Assembly: GCF_006345805.1 (NCBI RefSeq)
Contig: NC_042999.1
Location: 115,444,001 to 115,508,000 of the forward strand
DNA: 64,000 nt
Direction: 5' to 3'
DNA from: Octopus sinensis
Taxonomy: Eukaryota
Under the pieces are notes generated by a model. The model was given only the letters and a program-made list of their open reading frames with translations, searched no databases and was not told where the DNA came from. This document shows positions 12,691-24,860 of the stretch, piece by piece. The translations under genes were made by a program, and so were the position numbers. Position 1 is the first letter of the stretch; the number at the start of each line of letters is the position of its first letter.

Positions 12691-15600
12691 TTACTTTTTA
12701 GTTGAACGTACAGCACAGTTTCTGTCTACTAAATTTCAGTCACGAAACAGAATATTGTGAAAAACATTTGTCCATGCTGTCGCGCATAGAATTGAGGGAA
12801 AAACAAGCGTAATAAGCCAACGTAATCTCGACCTGCTAAAAGCAGCGGTCAAACCTCGTTTTATATATATATATATATATAAAAAAAAGACAGGTGATAA
12901 CGTAGATGAGTAGCGGGAATACTCAGCAGTCAAGATTCGCTAGAATATTACCCATGTGATCAACAAAATCTGGCTAATCACGAGGAATAACATTCTGCGA
13001 CGGTTTCACGTTTCTGACGCGTTTCTTTCTCAGCATAAACCAGCACACCTTGATCACATGACAGAGAGCTTTGCGAGATTGCAGACAGCCAGTGAATAGC
13101 TGTTGACCCAGACTGACAACAACCACAACGACTAGCAGCTAACTTTTTAACAACTATTACTGCTACACCAAGAACAACAACGTTCAAACTCTCTCAACAT
13201 TTTCTCGTTTACTGTAACGACAGTATTTGTTTTGTTTTTTTGTATACGAAAAGTATAAAATTTTGTTTATCAGAAATCGCAACAGATTCAGAGTTCTTCG
13301 TACAGATACTTAAAAAAAGTGGAATAAAACTTGTAGAATACCTTTGATTATAGGTCTTTTCTATCAACGTTAACCTTCGAACTAAACAACAATACAGTAA
13401 ATTATAGTATCGAATTATAATTAATTTACAAAGACAAAATCGTCAGAGCGTCGGAAAATGTTCTCTGCGATATTTCTTCAGGCTTTTCCCGCTCAGGGCT
13501 CAAATTCTGCCTTTCATCCCTCGAGTCAATGAAATAAAGGGCCCGTCTAGTACAGAAGTGAAATGGTATCCACTAGCCCTGTTCCCTGAAAGTGTTTTTT
13601 CTTTCTTTTTTTTTTCACCTGAATGTTCGGTATGTTGGACAGCCTAAAGCACCACACGGTAGACGACATTTTGGTTTTGGCTATCGGGGCGAACACGAGG
13701 ATTTATTTTTGCATCCGACTTTCCAGTAAAAAGTTTTCTACCGTGTAACTTTGCAAAAATGCGAAAAATCGATTTTTCGCAATTTTCATGAGCATCAAGG
13801 CAGTGCCAAAATATTTGTCTGAAATGTCGCAACATGACGGTCCTTTTTTACACCAAAATTATAAAAATCGGACGTTCATGTAAAAACGTTTCTCGCGTGA
13901 AACTTTTGCCTTTATTTTCTTTCAAAAAATGGGGTGGGTGGGTCACTTAAGTTTTATCGATTTTTCTACTAGAAGTGGGTATCCCTAGGCAACTGTAATG
14001 CGGCAGTAATCTAACTGGGTAAATTTGCCATTTAATAAAAAAGATTTCACCAAAATCGGATGAAAAATGTGGAAACGCATAAAAAGCATACACACACACA
14101 TTTTGAGTTTTATAGGTAATAACCCTACCAGGATACAACAAAATTTGTATCGAAACACGATTTGACATCGAGACTCTTACAAATCAAATACGAAAGCGAA
14201 TGTATTTGCATTTAACCAGAAAATCTTCAATTTCACTGATAAAAGTGATATGTACAGTGAAGAAGTTTGTGTAAATGAACTAAGTCAATATTTTTGGAAA
14301 ATTATGCAAATGGAATCGCCCAATAACTTTGATAAGTAGAAACATTTTTCTGTGTTCTTACTTGCAGAGAATTTACAACATACAACGAAAATGTGGCTCA
14401 GAACCTTAGTTCTTTTTTTTTCAATACAAAATATGGTTTCGTTATTCTTACAGCCTAATTGATAATTTCAGGGTCTCTTAAAGGATTCTACAGGAAGATT
14501 GAAATCTTAAAGTTCTATCTGCAGTTTTTTCCATATTTCCGTTTTTTGAAATGATGGGGGGAAGCTTTTTATGAAAAAAAATTAATGAAAATTTATGATT
14601 GTTTTCACCCCACCCTATCCAGACCGAATATGGCCAACTGTTCTTGCATTACACGAAAAGGTATCAGGAATATCGTGGGATGTACTAGAAACAACAGCTA
14701 AATCTCCCTTAAATCATGCATCTTTTCTTCTGAAATTATTTTCAAAATTTTTTTCTTTTTTTTTTACCGAAAGACTTTCCCCATTATTTCCAAACTGGCC
14801 AAAACGGTCCGGATGGGTTTGGAAATATGAGGGGGAAATCATAAAGTTTCAAAAATTGGAAAACTTCCCGTCAAAACAAGAGAAAATCCAACTTATGTAG
14901 GCGTCCTGATCCGAAATTCTACCAAGGGTAGAGAACTCTTTGCTAGCATTCGTATTTGAATCCGCCTGCCGAAAATCCACATGAAAAACAGTTTAACTCT
15001 TAAGACTACTTTTCTATTCTAGGCACAAGGCTCGAAATTTTCGATTAGATTGACTCCAGTACGCAACTGGTACTTAATTTATCGACCCCGAAAGGATGAA
15101 AAGCAACGTCGACCTTGGAGGAATCTGAACTCAGAATGTAAAGACAGACAAACTGCGTATATCTGAATTAGTAAAATTAAAGATTCATTATTGTTTTTGA
15201 CACGAATGTATCACCATAGGCTTATTATTCACACAACTCATCCTTACTCTAACGGTCGCTCGGCCAATAGAAAGCAGCTAAATCTCGCTCAAATTGTAGC
15301 TTACTATTTTTAAAAAGAGGAGAAAGTAACCGGTATCGCCCTAGATACTTCTAAAAAGCGCTTCATGGCTGGAATTCCTTTGGTCATACGACTAGTCACT
15401 CTGAGAGGTGTGAAGCTAAGCAACAAGATATTTGGATTACAATTCCATACTTAAAAAATTCTCACTTATACAAATTTTACGTGGACAAAACCTCAAAATT
15501 GTTAGATAGAGACACAACCAATTACGTCGACCTCCATCCTCGTTATAAACATGATGCTTATTGAAAATATAAGTAAATTCTGTTGAGGTTTAGAACTATA

Positions 15601-15789
15601 ATGCAGAGGTGGGATGGAGCAAGATTTTGAAGGGCGTTTACAAAACTGCAGTAAAAATATAAATTAATGATAATTTGATGCTTTAATTTACTTCAGAAGA
15701 AATTTAAACAAACATTTCGAGTATAAATTAAGCATAAGTTGTTTTTTCTTTTATACGATCTCTTTGTGTTAAAAAAGAGGTGCGGTCAG

Positions 15790-16400
15790 TTTCAACATTT
15801 ATATTAGGATCTTGCCTAGAACTGAGCAGCACCCTTCTTGCGGAGGCATTGTACATACAGCCACTGCTATTAATGACGTCGGTAAATTGGACAAATCAAT
15901 TTGCGTAAATAGCATATTCTTGGCAGCTAGCCTGATTAATGAATTATTTACACGTTAGCAATGTTATATTTGAGTGTAATAATGTTCTATTGTTCACAAA
16001 GTTTTTGTGGAAAGACAAGTTGCTTGTGTCTGACCAATGTTTAATATACATCTGCAGTCGGCTAATGTCTATAGATTTAAAGATTTACTCTATAGGCCAT
16101 TGTAGTTTCAGAATATAACACTGTTACCGATTTACTGAATCTTTTAATGATAGTGGCTAGACATGCAGTGTACCTGGGAAAACGGTACTCAATTGTTCAT
16201 GAGATTCCAATGTCAGAATCGAAATCAATATAGCTGATTTCATTCTTTTCTGTCCACAAAGAGATTTTATTGAAAAGACAGGCTGTTCACATATATCTTG
16301 CTTCAGTTGCATATGCAGTGTTGATAATAATATATTGATTTACAGTATTTTGTAATACATTAATCGCATCAAAACAGTAGTTAACACATCCGTAATTTTA
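15790..16400 (-). pseudogene. Decayed LIVBP-like domain (ATD module 2)
   Basis: CFDAINVLQN...EARYM*TACLFNKISLW...FPRYTACLATIIKRFSKSVTVLYSETTMAYRV resembles kainate-type YPD...[20 protein letters not shown]; then ITLLTC and LFTQIDLSNLPTSLIAV after frameshifts. Confidence 0.4.
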
Positions 16401-16649
16401 TAATCCTCACCGCTTTTAAGAGAGAACTATAATCAATTATAATAGTAATAATACCATTCACATCTAGGAATGTTATATATTCCTATCATGTATTGGGAAT
16501 ATACCGGATAGGTAATTTACTGATCCTGGAACCATGAAAAGCAAAGTCGACATTGGGAAGATTTGAGCTCAGAACATAAAGTATCTTACCTTTTTTCAGC
16601 GTCATATTCCGTTTAACTTCAAATGCATTAACTCCCATCTCCACCGCAA

Positions 16650-17810
16650 CATTAAGGATGTGTGATAGCGCGACAATCATTAATAGTGGCATTTGCTTTT
16701 AGTGCAAGTGCAAAGCGTAAGTCCATTGGATCTCTTCCCATCATCCTTAGATAATGCCATTGACTCAGAATTGAGAGGATACTTAACTCTGACTGTGTTT
16801 GCATATCTTGTAGTGAGCAAAATGACAAACATTCAGTCGATAATCCACTAAAAGCTCCTGTACCGAGGGGTTGGTCATACTGACACGTCATTTTTCCACA
16901 CGATTCGGCCCCAACTACAAGAACAATGGAAATGCAGAGTTCATCCGGGCTAAATGAACTGCTGATGTCTGCCACAGGCAAAGTGTCAACCAAATCTCCA
17001 GAAAATTTGGAACGTGCAGAAAATAAGAGACACCTTGAATACTAATTAGAAATTCGAAAACATGACGAGAAACATTTATGTAAACCTAAACCCTTGATTC
17101 ATTTGGCCAACGCAGCCTGGGTAAGAAATTTTGAAGCGAGTTTAACATTGACCACACTTGCAAGGACGTCGAGAATCTAAACGAGGGACTAGACTTCAGT
17201 TTGCAAACTAACTTATGGATCAGCAAATAATTTCTAAGATTAAAAAGCTTAGATGGAGCTCAATTGCATCAAGGTCTTTGAGTAGCTACTTAAGCTTTCA
17301 CGTTTTGGTTCCAAAGTAAGACAAAAAATTGAAGATGTCATCTATAAGATATTGGGGGTGAATACCATTAGTTCAGGGAGTAAACACTGCAGATTGATAA
17401 CTTATGTTTATTCAAATTCTATTTCTGATATAGTTGTAAAGTTTAGCCAAAACAGTTTTAAATGTAATACACGAGTGAGCCTCTGAATATTGGGTGTGTG
17501 TGTGTGGAAATTATAATACCATTTTAAAAATTTGTTGTCACTCTTCCATTGAAATTATTATTTTTTTGGTTTTTGTTCATATTTAGGGCAATCGGGCGGA
17601 GATCACGTGATGCCATAACGCAGTAGTCGTGATTCTGCACACTTTCGTGGATATTCCCTCATCCATAAACATTTTGTTTGTCATTAATTTACGCTGATTA
17701 ATATGCAAGTAAATTGTCACGCAACATTTATATAACATAATGGACATGGGATTGAAACTGGTGCTTACTGTGAACAGTGTACGACCAACAAAAGTTAACA
17801 GAAACAATTT
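16650..17810 (-). pseudogene. Decayed LIVBP-like domain (ATD module 1)
   Basis: HINQRK...ISTKVCRIT (ORF 17583-17807) and FSGLSTECLSF...LSILSIL...LRMMGRDP (ORF 16652-16993) resemble the start and end of an iGluR ATD. Confidence 0.3.
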
Positions 17811-18114
17811 AACTAGACTGAGACTAATTACAAAATCTTAAGTAGATTAGTCATTAGCAATAAAACGAGACAACGGTCAATGGGAACAAACAAAAGGTGA
17901 TTTTTTGGGCAAGGCAGTGTGCAATTTTTAAAGGGTATAGTTACTGGTAGTGGTTCTATTGACCTGAACAAAGGTGGAAAACTAGGGCAACCTTAATGGG
18001 ATTTGATCATAGAATTTTCTGTCTTCATTATCAACAAAAGAAGATAATATATTGGACAAAAACTGTTAAAAAAAAAAAAATGCCTCTCCACTACCCTCAA
18101 TGAAGTTTTCAGTA

Positions 18115-18570
18115 GAAGCTTCAAATTTTGGCACAAGGGCAGAGAGTGGAGAGATCGATTACACAGAGCTCAGTGCTTATCTGGTAATTATTTTATCGAT
18201 CTCGAAAGGATGCAAAGCCAATCTGACCTCGGTGGGATTTGAACACAGAAAGCAATAAGTCGGGAAAAATGCCCAAAGCATTTTATCTGAAGCGCTAATA
18301 ATTTTGGCAGCGTGCTGCCCTAATGGTTTCATGTTTTGGCACAAGCCAGTAATTTTGAGGATGAGAGCTAGTCGACTCTGGCAGAATTTGAGCCCAGAAT
18401 GTAAAGGTGGACGGAATGCCGCTAAACATTTTGCCTGATGTGCTAACGATTCTGCCAACTCGCCGCCTTAATAATAATAATCCTTTCTACTATAAGCACA
18501 AAGCCTCAAATTTGTAGGGGAGAGGGGTGGACAGTCGATTAGATTGACCCCAGTACGCAACTGGTACGTT
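18115..18570 (-). mobile_element. Head-to-tail array of three SINE copies or fragments
   Basis: Repeated GGCACAAG...ATCGAC...GAAAGGATG...CTAACGATTCTGCCA units with an (AAT)n linker. Confidence 0.75.
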
Positions 18571-21277
18571 TATAATTCTGCTTGTTCGTTCGTTCACACG
18601 TTACGCTCTACTTTGTTTGAAAGATGAAGAGGGAGTGTGAGAGTGAGTGAGATAGCAGATAACCAGCGGCTGCATTACGCTGTCACTCATGGTATTAGTG
18701 GAAGTGAGAGGTGAAGAGAAAAAAGAAATGTTAATATGAAGAAGGGAATCACATGGTTAAAATGCTTGTTGAGGCAAGTGGGGGGAGAGAGAGAGAGAAT
18801 GTGCTTAGCAGCAGGAAATTTTATATATTATTATGAATGGACGTGAAATAGCTGTGGGTGTTATTTAAAAAAAAAATTTGCAATGGAATTGAAACTAATC
18901 ATGTAAATAAAAACATTGTGCATATTCTCTATATCGATTTTTGCACATAAATAGTATATAATGTAAAGTAATTATGATGAAATATTGCATAATAAGGAAT
19001 ACGCAGATATATATTGATCTTACAGTTTCAACCGAATTAAATACTAACGAATGATATGTGTACTAAGTATTGTATAAATTGTCAATGCATATTTTTGTAT
19101 TATATATTGCACATGCAACAAGATTTATATGCAATAAAATGCATATAATCCTTTCTTTCTTAAATAACTCCTCTCAACCTTTTTCCATTCCGTGGAATTT
19201 CCACGGGTCCTGTAAGTAATAATAATTCTTTCTATTACAGAAAAAGTCCTGAAATTTTGGGTGAGGGATAAATTAATTTCCTCGACCTCAGTTCTTTACT
19301 TGTTTCATCGATCCCAGTTCTGTACTCATTTCATCGACCCCAAAAGGATGAAAGACATAAGTCAACTTAATAATAAGGATGATGGTCAAAAGAATAAGAA
19401 TAATCAACTTTATCAAAGTCCTGTCATACAGCATGTGTGGTATTTTGTGTTGTCCAGATCAGTGCCGTTGCGATATCAAAAGTTACAAATGTTATATCAC
19501 CAGTAGTTTAAAAAAGTTACGCAAACAGTTACAGGAATAGTTTTGATGGTGAGAAATTATGGCAAATAGATTGGTAAAGTATAAAAGGAAAAGAGCACAA
19601 GTCCTAATTAAACTATACTATATCAAAGCTATTAGATAGATGTAGGTTGAAAGGTTGCCAGTATGCATTGCAGCATAATTTTTAAGCATGTAGACTCTTA
19701 TACAGATGTTATTACTCTTAATTTCTTTTTAACTTTATGCATATGGGCACAATCCATATACAAGTTAACACTTCAAGATCTAGTATGAGTTTTCAAGGTT
19801 GCATGTGGATAGTGCTGGGACTGGCATGTACTTATTTCATGAGTAGAAACATTTCAGTGAGGATACTATAGTCTCAACAGCAGAAAAAGAAAATATAATC
19901 CATCTTTGACACTTTTACAAAACTGTATTAGTGCTACTACATACATAAATATTAAACAATATCCAAAAGAAACCATTTAACTGAACAGCAGAGTCATTCC
20001 ACTTATATCCACTTACTTTTTTTTTGTGCCTCTTACACTGTTAATGCAATTAGCAAGCTGCAAATTACCTCCATTCATTATTTCTTCTGTTTCTCACCAG
20101 TAGACACTACAGTAAATATTTTGCTCAATCATCCTTTCAAAGAACTGAAACCTTCTGGAATTCTTTCCTTGTCCACTTTTAACTGCAGTTATCAACTAAT
20201 CATTGATCCAACTTAACATCAATCTCTTTGATCTCACCAACTTGAAGAATCTAACAAAGGTCATACACAATGATCTATCTCACCCTTTGACAAATCACAT
20301 GAAAATATTAATACAATGATCATTCCAGCTGTGTGATTCACATCTGGGATTACAACAATGAATACTTATGGGTAGCCTATGTTGTAACCCCAGACATAAA
20401 TCACAGACTTAACTGATTAAGTCTGTAATGATAGTATATAATTGTGTTTTCATAACATGAATAATGACTAATGTTAAGTTACAACAGAATGATGACTGAT
20501 AATGGTTAAGTTTCATTTGTGATCCAACATGTATTGCAGTAATCAGATATACCATGAATTGTAAGATGTCAAAATAACTAATCTCTGCTGTGACATCAAA
20601 GATTGTGCCATACATGTTATTAGAGTTAAGAATTATCCTGTCCTAATGGATATAACATGGATTAAGTCTCTTCAAGAGAGGTGATAATGTTTAGATCAGT
20701 TGTTTACAAAAATAATTCACAAAAGTGTTTATTAAAGCACCGGGGTTATCAGGCATATTACTAAAAAGGTTGTCACAACACTGGTTCACATCAGATGGAT
20801 ATACAAGAAATATAGGATTAGTTGTAGAGTGGTTTCATCAGAGGAAAACAAAATGGGGTTAATTTCAACAGTTTCACCCATAGGTAGAATAAGTTATATA
20901 TAAAAGGGCTGTATACTGGTTACCTTAGTAGAAATATACAGTGGTTACATCAGAGAACCAGCAATGGTTACATAAATAATTCCATTGGAGAAATTTTATA
21001 GGGATAATAATACAAATTAGTCAGATAGGTTACATAGTAGTTGCAGCATTAGTTAGATCATAAAAGTTACAATGAGTATATCACAGAGATAACACAGAAA
21101 TTAAAACACACACAGTGGTTATATCAAAAGGAATACAACAGAGTCTCCAATAGGAAAGGGGTTACAACAAGGATTACAGCAATATGAATTTACAAGAGTG
21201 TATCTGGTGCAAGATAGGGGCTAAAATGTCCACTGAAATGATATTCCCCCATGTCTTTATAGAATGTAAGGAATGTA

Positions 21278-22007
21278 CAATGGTCAGTTGAAAAGTTCAT
21301 TGGCTGATCAAGATACTCTCATGGATTGTGACAAAAGAAGGTTTATTTTTCAACACAGTCCTCCTCGTGGTCCACGCACTTCATCCTGTTGGTCAAAAAA
21401 GTTATCAACAGCAGTTATGATGTCATCACTGCAATACTGGTTCTTGGCCAAGTGTTTTTTCATCAGGAAAAAAGCCGCTTTTTTCCTGATGCAAAAACCT
21501 TCATTATGCTAAGTTCATTGTGCAGAATGTTCTCAACTCTCTCATGGGATATGCTAATAGCATTGTCTGTTTGGTTTATAGTCAATTGCCTTGTGATGAA
21601 CATGATCAATGTTTTCCTTGGTGGTGGCAGTTGTAGACCTAGGATCATCAAGACTCTCCCTCCCCACCCTCCTAAATTCAGCAGCCCACTTTTGCACTGT
21701 CAATAAAGCTGGAAAGTCCATGTCAGCATGAATGTTGTTGTTGTTGTTGGGGGTGGGGGTGTGGGGCGGCGCTAAACCCTTTTTCTTCAGGTACTTGGGG
21801 TAATACCACAATGCCAAATTTTGTCCATTTTCAGGAAGTCACTACTAATTACTTTTGAGTTTTCGCTGAACAGTCAGATGTCAGATATCAAGAAAGAAAC
21901 AATGCATTTATTAATAAGAAGAGCTGAAAGTGATGCATGCAAAATTTCACAGCAGCTCTGGCCTTATTCCTTCATAGTCAGTCAATGAACTTTTCAGCTC
22001 ACCCTTG
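21278..22007 (-). mobile_element. Internally deleted mariner element
   Basis: TIRs CAA(T/G)GGT(C/G)AG(T/C)TGAAAAGTTCATTG flanked by TA (21276-21277, 22008-22009); N-terminal remnants QKWAAEFRR...DDPRS and ISHERVENILHNEL. Confidence 0.85.
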
Positions 22008-22389
22008 TATGTAGAAAGTTAAGGGTGTTAACATCATTGTTGATGTTAAGGTATTGTGGGAAACATTTAGCAGCATGGTTTTGTTGATGTTGTTGCTTGA
22101 ATTAAAAGGATATTTAAAATAAATATGGGGACCAAACAAAGTGACATTATTGTTAGTATTTGAAAAAAATGTAAGAAATTTTTGGCTGCATTACTCACAT
22201 TTTTTTAGGTGTTAAAGAATTTTAGAAAATATGAAAGCAACAAGGTAGTGGTTATGTCTTAACATTATTACTAATGTTGGTTGAAAAAGAGATTGATCAC
22301 TATGAAGAACCAAATACTGTTTATAGAGGAATCATAATCTTCTCTTAGTATACATATTTAGAACACATGGAGAAGAATATGTTAATTAC

Positions 22390-22572
22390 CTTTTGATAGA
22401 CATATCCATCGGGGTTTCCCCAACCAAATATTGGATGGGTTGAACTAAACCCATTTATAGCTGGCTGAGAATTTATGGTCAAAACACCATTTTTGTTCAG
22501 ATATGCCAACTGGTCTGCTATTAAAGAAGTTTCTGGAGACAAGGCATCATCACTCCAAGGTATGTGTGTTAC
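22390..22572 (-). CDS. MTHFR: MTHFR coding exon 6 (regulatory domain), 183 bp
   Basis: VTHIPWSDD...TINSQPAING...GWGNPDGYVYQK; TTTTACAG acceptor and GTAATT donor; same size as the matching human exon. Confidence 0.95.
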
Positions 22573-23465
22573 CTGTAAAAGCAGTTTCATTTAAAAGTGG
22601 AAACAGATTCTATTATTTTTCTGATCTCACAAAAAAAAAAAATAAAAAAAAAAATACAGATATTAATTAATCATATAGCAATTAATGAATGTTGAACTAT
22701 AACCATACTTAATATGCCACACATACATATCTGGTGTAAGCTAAAAACAAAAAAAAAAAAAAGCTTGTTCAAATAACAATAACATTTTCTATAAACATCA
22801 TCATACCTTTTCTGATTATCAATTAGTATGTGGGTATGAATGAAGTTTTCTCTTACATAAGTAATAATATGTATAGTCTATAAACATTACACACACACAC
22901 ATACAAATATATGACAAAAGTTTGTAAATGTGATGGAATGCTTCAGCTATATTACCAAACTTAGTTTTTGAGTTCCAGACAATATCAAGAAGCATGATAG
23001 CAATGAAGTTATGAGCTGAAATGCTAACTGTCTGTTTAAAAATTCAAACCTTGTTATAACCATTACACTGTACCCCTAAGCAAGATATAACCTTGCTCGC
23101 CTCAGTCTGTCTAATTGACAACAGATTTTGAAGTGAATAGTATCTTTTTCTAGAAATATGAAATATATGCCAGCTGTAATATACAGCAGTTAAAAAGTTT
23201 CAAAACCATTCAACACACTATCAAAGAAAGAGAAAAAAAAATATCTACAATAAAGTACTAAAAAAGAATAAAACTAGAAATTTATATATAAACTAACTTG
23301 AAATCAAATAAAAAAAAATTGAATTAAACTTCTTTTGTTTGTTTTGTAGCCACAAAACTGGAAAGAATTACTGAAATATAGATTTTTAATCAATTGTCTT
23401 AGACTTGAAGATCTTCCATTACTCTTTTGTCTAAGAAAAGGAAGACATTGTTTTTCACAGCTCAC

Positions 23466-24029
23466 CTTTACTCCATTTTGGTTTTCATGTCCTTTGATGA
23501 AACAGTAAAATACATTCCACACATCTTGCTCTGTTTCTAGCTGAAATCCTAATGATTTTAATTGCTCCTCATTACTAGAATAATTTAGATAAAACATATA
23601 GTAGTCAGTCAAATTTCCAAAACTAGCATGTGAAGAATTGCCCCATCTACCATTTGGGAATTTATTCCAGTCTGCTGTTCGACAAATGTAGCTCTTACGA
23701 CGACCTTTCCAAAAGATTGGGCGGACTTCTTCTTCAAGCCTTACATAGTTTACAGAAGGCTTCCATGGTAAAGGCTTGCTGATTTCCTCATTTAGAAGAC
23801 CAAGCTGTTTTAAAATTGCAGTTGTGGCAAACCTTTGGTTGAGAGTGTAAAAGTGCATTCCTTTTGTCAAACCACTGTTCAAAAGTTTCTTTCCTAATTC
23901 AACTGCATGATGCACACCAAAGTTGCGAACAGCTTCGTCATTGTCTTTAATTGGTGTTATGCTGTTAAGAATTTCTTCAGGCACTGAAAGCTGAGTCAGC
24001 TTACTGACATGGCGAAGAGACAGGTAACT
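23466..24029 (-). CDS. MTHFR: MTHFR coding exon 5, 564 bp
   Basis: SYLSLRH...HFYTLN...LPW...VRPIFW...FPNGRWGNSS...NGVK; CTACAG acceptor and GTGAG donor; phase 0 at both ends. Confidence 0.97.
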
Positions 24030-24249
24030 CTGTAGAAATAAGCAAATAAATAAAAAAAATATCTGATGATTTAATTTTAATTCTGGCTATATTTCAACAT
24101 TGAAATATTAAAGGGTATACTTTGGTAAGTTCTAAATTAACAAATATGTTAATCAGGAGAATATAATAGCATATAATATTTTTGTACATTTTAAAAACTT
24201 TGTTTAAATCATCTTACGTGTTTTATACATACACATATATGAATCATTA

Positions 24250-24530
24250 TCATCATCGTTTAATGTCCATTTTCCATGCTGGCATGGGCTGGACGGTTTG
24301 ACTGAGGTCTGAAAAGCGAGTGGCTGCACCAGGCTCCAATCTCATCTGGCAATGTTTCTACAGCTGGATGCCCTTCCTAACGTCAACCACTCCAAGAGCG
24401 TAGTGGGTGCTTTTTACATGCCACCAGCACAGGAGTCAGTCAGGCGGCCCTGGCATCGATCACATTCAGATAGTGTTTTTTACGTGCCACCAGCACGGGA
24501 GCCAGTCAGGGGGCACTGGGTTACATGAAA
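24250..24530 (-). mobile_element. 3' end of an RTE-type LINE with (GAT)n tail
   Basis: CATCATCGTTTAA(C/T)GTCC...GGATGCCCTTCCTAACG...CGTGCCACCAGCAC family. Further copies at 30270-30450 (-), 37270-37840 (+), 51000-51165 (+), 53586-53828 (+) and 54500-54660 (-). Confidence 0.75.
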
Positions 24531-24539
24531 CTAACTTAA

Positions 24540-24860
24540 ATACATACATACATACAACTGGCACTCCATCAGTTATGATAACAAGGGTTCCAGTTGATCC
24601 AATCAATGGAACAGCCTTCTCATGAAATTTATGTGCAAGTGGCAGAGCTTACTCTTAATATAGTTCTCAGGGAGATTCAGCGTAACACAGAATGTGACAA
24701 AGCTGGCCCTTTGAAATACAGGCACTACTCATTTTTACCATTTGAGTGGACTGGAGCAACATGAAGTGTCTTGCTCAAAGACACAATGTGCTGCCAGGTA
24801 TCAAACTCTTGATCTTACGATTGTGAGGTGAATACCTCTAACCACTCAGCTATGCACCTT
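24540..24860 (-). mobile_element. CORE-like tRNA SINE
   Basis: TTGAGCAAGACACTT...GCTCCAGTCCACTCA core and GCTGAATCTCCCTGAGAAC body. Copies at 29923-30250 (+), 32745-33030 (+), 45365-45695 (-) and 63560-63750 (-). Confidence 0.75.

Noticed and set aside
12930-13200. Promoter or 5' UTR-like CpG-rich stretch
   Set aside because: No linked exon or recognisable core elements.
16583-16592. Strong minus-strand splice donor AAAG|GTAAG as evidence of a live exon
   Set aside because: Upstream frames contain stops; it may be a relic donor or chance.
17590-17615. GGGCGG plus ATCACGTGAT (GC box and E-box) as a promoter
   Set aside because: Short motifs also seen at about 1925 and 10537, and this one falls within a putative decayed coding frame; no supporting evidence.
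165-17850. Rescue of the receptor relic's stop codons by A-to-I editing (UAG/UGA to Trp)
   Set aside because: Too many stops, including TAA, plus frameshifts; C-to-T decay explains them more simply.
20740-21180. Recurring GGTTACA(T)CAG-like motifs as a regulatory array
   Set aside because: Irregular spacing and high divergence fit an ancient decayed minisatellite.
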